Part shown: piece after piece, positions 1 through 6,820 of the stretch
Layout of the letters: every line of letters begins with the position of its first letter
How positions within the stretch are numbered: the stretch's first letter is position 1
Source of the DNA: Phycisphaera mikurensis NBRC 102666
Lineage (GTDB): Bacteria > Planctomycetota > Phycisphaerae > Phycisphaerales > Phycisphaeraceae
NCBI RefSeq assembly: GCF_000284115.1
Contig: NC_017080.1
Location: 300,001 to 332,000 of the forward strand
Length of the DNA: 32,000 nucleotides
Direction: 5' to 3'
Notes under the pieces: model-generated
The model's input: only the letters and a program-made list of their open reading frames with translations
The model's database searches: none
Told to the model about the DNA's origin: nothing
Program-made: the position numbers and the translations under genes

Positions 1-563
1 AGACCGCCCACCTCGCCGACGACGGCTTCTGCGTGAGCTACCTCCGCAATTCCACCGCTTACGGCCACAGCCCGATGCTCCGCATCGACCTGGTCGTCAA
101 CAACCTGCTCGCCTCGGCGCTGTCCTACGGCGAGATCCGCATCAAGAGCGACGGCAGCCCCTGGCGCCCGCTGATCCACTGCGCCGACATCGCCCGGGCG
201 TTCGTGGCCTTCTGCGACGCGGACGCGGGGGCCATCAACGGCCAGGCGATCAACATCGGCGGCAACGACGAGAACTACCGGGTCAAGGACGTCGGCGACG
301 GCGTGGAGCGGCTCATCCCCGAAGCGAAGGTCGTCTACACCGGCGAGCACGGCGAGGACTCCCGCGACTACCGCGTCAACTTCGACAAGCTGGCGGAGCT
401 CGTGCCGGGTTTCCGGCTGGGCTACAACCTCCGCTCGGGCATGGAAGAGCTGCACAAAGCGATGGTCGATCACGGTTTCAACGCGGAGATGTTCGAGAGC
501 GACCAGTTCGTGCGGCTCAAGACCCTGCGCAACCGCTTCGACCGCATCGGCGTGAGCGCGTAG
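1..563 (+). CDS. NAD-dependent epimerase/dehydratase family protein (C-terminal part; 5' end outside the window)
   Basis: The frame is open from the window edge and ends at TAG 561-563. The translation ...GFCVSYLRNSTAYGHSPMLRIDLVVNNLLASAL..IRIKSDGSPWRPLIHCADIARAF..NIGG is typical of extended SDR sugar-nucleotide epimerases. Confidence 0.88.
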   Translation, partial: TAHLADDGFCVSYLRNSTAYGHSPMLRIDLVVNNLLASALSYGEIRIKSDGSPWRPLIHCADIARAFVAFCDADAGAINGQAINIGGNDENYRVKDVGDGVERLIPEAKVVYTGEHGEDSRDYRVNFDKLAELVPGFRLGYNLRSGMEELHKAMVDHGFNAEMFESDQFVRLKTLRNRFDRIGVSA

Positions 564-670
564 GGCGGGCTTGCCAGCCCGCCGGCATCACGCGATCAAC
601 CGGCTTTCACTCGAATCCCACACGCTGCCGCCTGCGGCGGCACGGCAGGCAAGCATGCCTGCCCGACGGC
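561..670. repeat. Palindromic intergenic (REP-like) element, copy 1
   Basis: Three stem-loops: ggcgggct/agcccgcc (564-583), ccgcc-tgc-ggcgg, and ggcaggca/tgcctgcc (644-663). It shares acgctgccgcc and ggcggcacggcaggca with the element at 6689-6820. Confidence 0.75.
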
Positions 671-695
671 TCCCGCGCCATGTCATCGGCCCGCC

Positions 696-1241
696 ATGAA
701 GTTCCACGACACCCCCCTCCAGGACGCCAAGCTCATCGAACTCGAGAAGCGAGGCGATGAACGCGGCTTCTTCGCCCGCGCCTTCTGCACGAAGGAGTTC
801 GCCGCCGCCGGCCTGCCCACCGCGTTCGTCCAGGTGAACAACTCGGACAGCGCCGACGCCGGCACCCTCCGCGGCATGCACTACCAGCTCGGCGACGACG
901 CCGAGACCAAGCTGGTCCGCTGCATCAAGGGCAGCCTCTGGGACTGCATCATCGACCTGCGGCCCGACTCGCCCACCTTCAAGAAGTGGTACGGCGTGGA
1001 GCTCTCCGCCGAGAACCGCCTGATGCTCGCCGTGCCCCGCGGCTTTGCCCACGGCTTCATCACGCTCGAGCCCAACACCGAGGCCTTCTACTTCGTCGAC
1101 AACTTCTACGCCCCCGACGCCGAGCGTGGCATCCGCCACGACGACCCGGAGTTCGGCATCCAGTGGCCCCGCGAGCCCGCCGTGCAGAGCGACAAGGACA
1201 AGTCCTGGCGCGACTTCGACCCCGCCTGGCACCTGAATTGA
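696..1241 (+). CDS. rfbC: dTDP-4-dehydrorhamnose 3,5-epimerase family protein
   Basis: Translation MKFHDTPLQDAKLIELEKRGDERGFFARAFCTKEFAAAGL...NNSDSADAGTLRGMHYQ...VRCIKGSLWDCIIDLR..SPTFKKW shows the RmlC cupin signature. Confidence 0.9.
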   Translation: MKFHDTPLQDAKLIELEKRGDERGFFARAFCTKEFAAAGLPTAFVQVNNSDSADAGTLRGMHYQLGDDAETKLVRCIKGSLWDCIIDLRPDSPTFKKWYGVELSAENRLMLAVPRGFAHGFITLEPNTEAFYFVDNFYAPDAERGIRHDDPEFGIQWPREPAVQSDKDKSWRDFDPAWHLN

Positions 1242-1295
1242 TCCCGCACCGCGTCCCGCCGGAGCGGTGGATCCGGTGGCGTCGGGCCGGGTGGT

Positions 1296-2540
1296 TCACC
1301 GCGGCTGGATCGCCGCCCGCTGCGGGTCGTACCGCACCTCGCCCAGCGTGCCCGCGATCAGCCGCTCCACCGCTTCCTCGATCAACGGGAGCGGGACCAG
1401 GAACCACTCGCGGGGCTCGACAGCCGAGCCGAAGCGGTCCTGGAGCTGCACGTCCAGCCGGGCCTCGGCGAAGAAGCCGTGCAGCAGGTGCTCGAGCTTG
1501 TGGCGGTGCAGGTTCGCCAGCTCCCATCCGGCGACCTGCTCCACGCCGGCCAGCAGGAACGTCGGGTCCTTGGCGGCGTTCGCCAGCCGCTTCTTCACGT
1601 CCCCGCCCGTGACCCCGATCTTGTGGAGCACCTCCCGGTGCTCCGCCACGAAGGGGTCGCTCGAGAGGCTGCGGACCACGTACACGCGGCCGCTGGCGAC
1701 GTCCCCGTCCGCGGCCTCGCCCGAGAGCACCGCCCCCCCCGGACCCCGCTCCTTGACGAACAGCGGCCCCGCATCGTCGTCGCGCGGCAGGATCCGCCGG
1801 CTCGCGTCGTCCTTGTTGAGCGCCCGCCGCAGCGAGCGCATCAGGAGGTCCGACTCGGTCGCGTTGTCGAACACCACGCGCAGCCGCCGGTCGTTCTCGC
1901 CGTGCTCGGCCTTGAAGACCGACCCCGCCGAAGCCACGCAGGCCTTGTGCCCGTCGAGGACGAACCAGTCGCCCACCGCGATCCCCTCCTCGTCGCGCCC
2001 GTCCTTGCGGAAGCGGGCGGTCCGCCGCTCGCCGGCGTCGAGCTCCGCCTGCACCGCGGCGAAGGCCCCCGCAAAAGCCCGCTCGAAATCCGCGCACGGC
2101 TTCCGCTTCGCCACCTCCTCGGGGCTCCTCCGCTCGGCGGCGAGGCGGACGTGCCGCATCGTGGAGACGTCGTCGGCTCCGCCGACGCCGAGCTCGTCGA
2201 GCGCTTGCTCGTCGGAGAGCCCGTCGGCCGCGCCGCCGCCCGCGGCATCCGGCCCCAGCAGCCCTCCGGCGTCCAGCGGCCCCAGCAACGCCCGGCACGC
2301 CGGCAGGCTCCGCATGCGGTCCAGCCGCACCGCGTAGAGCCGCTCGAAGATGTCGCGGTCGGCCCCGTGCCGCGGGGCCCGGCCGTGCTCGGCGGCGAAG
2401 CGCTGCACCTCCTCGAAGCCGGCGAGCATCCGCTCCTCCTCGGCCGTGTAGGCGCGTTCGGGCTCGGGCTCCGCGGAGACCCCCAGCTCCGCGAGCATCG
2501 CCGCGTCGTCATCGGTGAAGCCGGCGTCAGGCGGTGGCAC
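1296..2540 (-). CDS. GIY-YIG nuclease family protein (T5orf172/MUG113-like domain at the C-terminus)
   Basis: C-terminal segment GRVYVVRSLSSDP..LHKIGVTGGDVKKRLANAAKDPTFLL...LHRHKLEHLLHGFFAEARLDV matches the GIY-YIG variant pattern (Y-V ... KIG-T-R ... E). The start overlaps the helicase stop by 14 nt. Confidence 0.7.
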   Translation of the reverse strand: MPPPDAGFTDDDAAMLAELGVSAEPEPERAYTAEEERMLAGFEEVQRFAAEHGRAPRHGADRDIFERLYAVRLDRMRSLPACRALLGPLDAGGLLGPDAAGGGAADGLSDEQALDELGVGGADDVSTMRHVRLAAERRSPEEVAKRKPCADFERAFAGAFAAVQAELDAGERRTARFRKDGRDEEGIAVGDWFVLDGHKACVASAGSVFKAEHGENDRRLRVVFDNATESDLLMRSLRRALNKDDASRRILPRDDDAGPLFVKERGPGGAVLSGEAADGDVASGRVYVVRSLSSDPFVAEHREVLHKIGVTGGDVKKRLANAAKDPTFLLAGVEQVAGWELANLHRHKLEHLLHGFFAEARLDVQLQDRFGSAVEPREWFLVPLPLIEEAVERLIAGTLGEVRYDPQRAAIQPR

Positions 2541-4515
2541 GGGCTCTCTCCCTCTGCAGCCGCGCCATGAACGCCACGCCCTCGGCCATCCGCCGCTCCC
2601 ACGGGTCCGGTGAGGTCGCCGACGGCGGCACGCCCCGCTGCTTCTTGAACGCGACCGCCCGCTGCATCAGCGCACGCGCCTCCTCCTCCGAGAGCGAGCT
2701 CTTCTTCGCCGTGATCGCCGCTTTCACCCGCGTGAGCGTCCCCTCGTTGAGGCTCTTGGCGAGCACCTCGTAGGCCTGCCGGAAGGGGTTGATGGCGTCC
2801 ACCAGGTCGATGTCCAGGTCCTTCACGTCCACCGCCAGCTTGCGGAGGCCGTCGATCAGCGCCGTGTTCGGCGTCTCTTCGCCGCTCGCTTCTCCAGCCG
2901 CCTGCCGCCCCCGCCGCTTGCCCTCCTGCAGCAGGTTCAGCGCCGCCACCGCCTGCTGCCGCACCGCCTCCTGGTCTCCCGCGTCCAGCTGCGGGTAGCG
3001 CTCGCGGACGATCTTGCCCTGCCGCAGCTGCGTGATCTCCTCGGGCACCAGCTCCTCGTCGAACATCCCGCGCTCCACGCTCTCTCTGTCCTGCACGAAG
3101 GCGGCGATCAGCTCGTGCACGTCCTCCCGGCACACCCGCTTGGCCTCCTTGGAGGCCGGCTCCTTGAGCCCGGCGATCTCAATCTGCACCGCCCCGGTGG
3201 TCGGGTCCACGCCGATGTTGTTGCCGCCCTCCGCGTAGCCGCGCTCGCCGTAATCCAGCCCGTCCACCGGCCCGCTGTTCTTGGGCCTGAACTCGAACTT
3301 CGGCGCCAGCACCTGCTCCATCAGCAGGCTCGCCGCGATCGCCTTGAGCGTGTCGTTGACCGCCTCGATCACCGCCACCTCGCTGGCGTCGGGCTCGGCG
3401 ATCAGGTTCGTGAAGCGGGCGCGGGCCTTGCCGGGGGCGTCGCGGGTGGCCCGCCCGATGATCTGCACCACCTCGGTCAGGCTCGCCCGGTACCCGATCG
3501 TCAGCACGTGCTCGCACCAGATCCAGTCGAAGCCCTCCTTGGCCATGCCCAGGGCGATGATGAGGTCCACGAAGTCGCGGTCTCGGATCCGCTCGCTCGC
3601 CAACGCCGCCGCCACGCGGTTGCGTCTGGCGGGGTCGTCGTCCACCAGGTCGGCCACGCGAAGCACCCGCCCGTCCGGCCGCTTCATGAGCAGGAAGCCG
3701 GTCGCGGGGTCGACGCCGTCGAATTCGCCCAGCTCCGAGAGGATGTGCTCCACCTCCTTGACCTTGTCGCCCATCGATTCCCGCGCGTTCACGTTGGGGA
3801 TGTGGACGATCGTCTTCTTGTCCGGGTCCAGCACCGCCGCCACGTCGTCCGCGTAGCGGCCGGTGTAGAAGCAGAACCCGATGTCCAGGTGCTTCAGGTG
3901 CGTGTACCCGGCGAGCTGCTCGTGGTACGTGTAGGTGACCGTTTCGAACCTCGCCTCATCCTCGGGCGTCAGCACCGCCGCCGCGTCCCCCCGGAAGTAA
4001 GAGCCCGTCATCGCGACGAGGTGGGCCTCGTCGCGCTCGATCAACGCCCGGACCTGCTCGCCCAGCCGGTTGTCCGGGCTCGCCGAGACGTGGTGGAACT
4101 CGTCCACCGCCACCAGCCGCCCGTCCAGCGCCTCCACCCCCAGCTTGTCGACCGCGAAGCGGAACGTCGCGTGCGTGCACACCAGCACCCGGTCCTCGCT
4201 GGCGAGGAACGCCCCGAACGCGTCGACCTTGCCCCCGCTGTCCTCCGGCCCCGGCGCGTCGCACAGGTTCCACCGCGGCCGCACCTCCCAGTCCGCGAAG
4301 AACCCATGCGCGGACAGCGGGACGGAGCCGAACGACGCCCCGATGTCCCGCGTGGGCACCAGCACGATCGCCTGCTTGAGCCCCTGCCGGTGCAGCTTGT
4401 CGAGCGCGACGAACATGAGCGCCCGGCTCTTGCCGCTGGCCGGCGGGCTCTTGATCAGGAGGTACGGCTCCCCGCGCCGCTGCCACACCTTCTCCTGCAT
4501 CGGCCGCATCCCCAT
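2527..4515 (-). CDS. DEAD/DEAH-box (SF2) helicase family protein; the start is uncertain (ATG 4515, possibly a non-ATG start near 4593; the ORF is open to 4776)
   Basis: Walker A LLIKSPPASGKSRALMF, DEAH-type box LVAVDEFHHVSA, motif III-like LVAMTGSYFRG, motif VI-like EVVQIIGRATRDAPGK. Confidence 0.85.
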   Translation of the reverse strand: MGMRPMQEKVWQRRGEPYLLIKSPPASGKSRALMFVALDKLHRQGLKQAIVLVPTRDIGASFGSVPLSAHGFFADWEVRPRWNLCDAPGPEDSGGKVDAFGAFLASEDRVLVCTHATFRFAVDKLGVEALDGRLVAVDEFHHVSASPDNRLGEQVRALIERDEAHLVAMTGSYFRGDAAAVLTPEDEARFETVTYTYHEQLAGYTHLKHLDIGFCFYTGRYADDVAAVLDPDKKTIVHIPNVNARESMGDKVKEVEHILSELGEFDGVDPATGFLLMKRPDGRVLRVADLVDDDPARRNRVAAALASERIRDRDFVDLIIALGMAKEGFDWIWCEHVLTIGYRASLTEVVQIIGRATRDAPGKARARFTNLIAEPDASEVAVIEAVNDTLKAIAASLLMEQVLAPKFEFRPKNSGPVDGLDYGERGYAEGGNNIGVDPTTGAVQIEIAGLKEPASKEAKRVCREDVHELIAAFVQDRESVERGMFDEELVPEEITQLRQGKIVRERYPQLDAGDQEAVRQQAVAALNLLQEGKRRGRQAAGEASGEETPNTALIDGLRKLAVDVKDLDIDLVDAINPFRQAYEVLAKSLNEGTLTRVKAAITAKKSSLSEEEARALMQRAVAFKKQRGVPPSATSPDPWERRMAEGVAFMARLQRERARATA

Positions 4516-4602
4516 CGCGTTGGCCGCGGTCGTGGCCCCCGTGGCGGGGAAGGCGACGGAGACGGCGGGTTCGGGGTTTCGCGGGCTGATCAGATGAGCG
4601 TA

Positions 4603-4686
4603 CCGACCGCTGTCAGGCGCCGGTCTCCACGGATCGGTAATAGATCGGACGTGATCCTTGACACGTCGGTCGGGCGATGTCAGGAT
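4603..4686. promoter_or_regulatory. Divergent promoter/operator region between the helicase operon (-) and the unknown+ImmA/IrrE genes (+)
   Basis: TTGACA at 4658-4663 with a 17-nt spacer to CAGGAT at 4681-4686. An inverted repeat pairs ccgaccgctgtca (4603-4615) with tgacacgtcggtcgg (4659-4673), with a 2-nt indel. Confidence 0.45.
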
Positions 4687-4693
4687 CCTCTTC

Positions 4694-5410
4694 ATGGACC
4701 CGTTCGACCACCGCGATCCCCAACAAGTCCTCGAGACACTCGGCCCCACCGCCCCGATCGTGCTCCGCGAGGCCATGGACGCCGGCCTTCATCGCTACCG
4801 CTTCAGTCGTGAGAGGGATCCCGATGCGGCTCCTGACTACAGCGACGCGACGAGGGCGAACATGCTGGTCGACCGGATGTACCCGGTGATGTCCGCGCTG
4901 GTGGCGGTCGCCGATCCCGAAGGCCGGCACCTGTGCACCCACCGCACCGCCAACCAGCGGGCGTTGGAGCTCTACAGCGGCTTGTTCCTCATGGCGAAGC
5001 TCAAGAGGACCAAGGACCGGCTCCGGCAAGCCGATCCCGGCGAATTCCCGGAGCTGGAGGACGACGTGGACGTCGAACTCTTCGATCCCGGCATGCCGCA
5101 GAACGTGCCGACCGGCCGCGTGCTCCGGCAGCGGACACCCGGTGGCTTCCACGCCTACCGTCAGCTCCCGCTGGGCAACGTGCCGCCGGCGAGCATCCCC
5201 GACGACGGCCGCGACCGGCTCTGTCTGATCGCCGGCTTCGACCTGGACCTCGCCGAGGACCAGATCGAGCGGCCCCGGCTCGGGCTCTACGGCAGACGTG
5301 AGCCGATCTGGACCGTTCCGCTCCCAGAGTTGCCGGTCGACGCCATTGCAGCAATCCACCCCGCTTTGGCCGATCGGGTCGGTGAGCTGCGGCGCATGCG
5401 CGGCGCCTGA
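4694..5410 (+). CDS. Hypothetical protein, upstream partner of the XRE/ImmA-IrrE gene
   Basis: ORF MDPFDHRDPQQVLETLGPTAPIVLREAMDAGLHRYRFSRERDPDAAPDYSDATRANMLVDRMYP... lies 21 nt upstream of the next ORF on the same strand. The codon pattern looks coding. No family recognised. Confidence 0.7.
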   Translation: MDPFDHRDPQQVLETLGPTAPIVLREAMDAGLHRYRFSRERDPDAAPDYSDATRANMLVDRMYPVMSALVAVADPEGRHLCTHRTANQRALELYSGLFLMAKLKRTKDRLRQADPGEFPELEDDVDVELFDPGMPQNVPTGRVLRQRTPGGFHAYRQLPLGNVPPASIPDDGRDRLCLIAGFDLDLAEDQIERPRLGLYGRREPIWTVPLPELPVDAIAAIHPALADRVGELRRMRGA

Positions 5411-5431
5411 CGCACCCCCGCCCCCGCGATC

Positions 5432-6598
5432 ATGAGCCCGCGTTCCCAAGGCCAGACCCCGGCGAGTCCCGGTCTCTCACCTGACGAGATGGAAGGCTTC
5501 AGCGGCTTCAACCCCGCCATGCTCACCGCTGCGCGGGAGGCGCAGCGCCTCACGCAGACGGCGCTGGCCCGTCTCCTCGGCGTGAGCCAGCCGCTGGTCG
5601 CCCGCTGGGAGGCCGCCGGGCACACCGAGGCGGGTGATCGGGAGCCGGACCTCGTCCAGCGGCGGGCGCTCGCCGAGGCGTTGCGGGTCCACCCCCGCCT
5701 CTTCGCCCAGCCCGGCAGCGCCGCCCGGGCCAGCGAGAGCGAGTACTTCCACCGAGCCTTCGCCAAAGCGCGTCGGACCGACGTGAAGGCCGCGCACGCC
5801 CGCTGCGGCCTCATCGAGCTGCAGGCCGACCGCCTGCTCGACCTTGAGGGAGCCCCCGAGGACCGGATCCCCGAGATCGACCCCGAGAACCACGCCGGCG
5901 ACGCCGAGAAGATCGCCGGCTGGGCCCGCACCCGCATGGGCCTGGCCCCCGGCCCGGTCGACAACCTCGTCCGGACCGTCGAGGACTGCGGCGGCCTGGT
6001 GATCGACCACGACCTGGAGATCGACAACGTCGACGCCCTGTGCCACTGGCGGCCCGGCCTCCCGAAGCTCTTCTTCCTGAACGGCAACCGGCCCGGCGAC
6101 CGGATGCGGCTGAGCCTCGCGCACGAGCTGGGCCACACCGTCATGCACCTGGGCCGCGACACGGAGTTGAAGCTGGCCGAGGAGCAGGCGCAGCGTTTCG
6201 CCGCTGCCTTCCTCCTGCCCTCCGCCGACTTCCGGCCGGACCTCACCTTCCGGCTGGACCTCTCGCGGCTGATGACGCTCAAGCGGAAGTGGCGGGTGTC
6301 GATGCAGGCGATCGCGTACCGAGCCCACCAGCTCGGCGCCATCGACCAGACCCGCTTCCGCTCGCTCTTCCAGCAGATCTCCCGCAAGGGCTGGCGGAAG
6401 ACCGAGCCGGTCGAGGTCCGGCGGGAGTCGCCGATGGCCTTCAAGCGGCTGCTGCGCGCCCACGTGGACGCCGGCTTCACCCGCGAGGATCTCGCCATGC
6501 TGCTGCTCGTGCCCCCGGCCCGGGTGGACGAGATGCTCGTGGACGCCTCCTCGCCCGACTGGGAGGATGGCGGCGTCCGGTTGCGGCTAGCACGCTGA
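5432..6598 (+). CDS. XRE-family HTH domain fused to an ImmA/IrrE metallo-endopeptidase
   Basis: HTH segment RLTQTALARLLGVSQPLVARWEA, then FLNGNRPGDRMRLSLAHELGHTVMHLGRDTELKLAEEQAQRFAAAFLLPS (HExxH zinc motif with downstream E), which is classic ImmA/IrrE. Confidence 0.92.
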   Translation: MSPRSQGQTPASPGLSPDEMEGFSGFNPAMLTAAREAQRLTQTALARLLGVSQPLVARWEAAGHTEAGDREPDLVQRRALAEALRVHPRLFAQPGSAARASESEYFHRAFAKARRTDVKAAHARCGLIELQADRLLDLEGAPEDRIPEIDPENHAGDAEKIAGWARTRMGLAPGPVDNLVRTVEDCGGLVIDHDLEIDNVDALCHWRPGLPKLFFLNGNRPGDRMRLSLAHELGHTVMHLGRDTELKLAEEQAQRFAAAFLLPSADFRPDLTFRLDLSRLMTLKRKWRVSMQAIAYRAHQLGAIDQTRFRSLFQQISRKGWRKTEPVEVRRESPMAFKRLLRAHVDAGFTREDLAMLLLVPPARVDEMLVDASSPDWEDGGVRLRLAR

Positions 6599-6688
6599 AG
6601 CGCCGCGGACTGACGGCCCTGTGGGCGGAAAACGACGACGGTCCGCGGGATCGGATCACCTTCCAAGCCGATCCGGAGGCTTGAACCG

Positions 6689-6820
6689 TAGGGCAGGCTG
6701 GCCAGCCTGCCATTGTGCCCGGAGGGCACAAGCGTGGACGTGGTCCGGCCCGCGGCAAGGTCCGGCACTCGACGCTGCCGCCCCTTCGGGGCGGCACGGC
6801 AGGCAGGCCTGCCTGGCCTA
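6689..6820. repeat. Palindromic intergenic (REP-like) element, copy 2
   Basis: Perfect 20-nt palindrome ggcaggctggccagcctgcc (6692-6711). Hairpin ttgtgccc-gga-gggcacaa (6713-6731). Hairpin gccgcccc-ttc-ggggcggc (6777-6795). Palindrome caggcaggcctgcctg (6800-6815). Ends ccgtagggcagg...cctggcctacgg are terminal inverted repeats. Confidence 0.85.

Noticed and set aside
1841-3133. 430-aa minus-strand ORF straddling the GIY-YIG/helicase junction, suggesting a possible fusion or frameshift
   Set aside because: It is in a different frame and compositionally biased. The two annotated ORFs are intact and overlap by only 14 nt.
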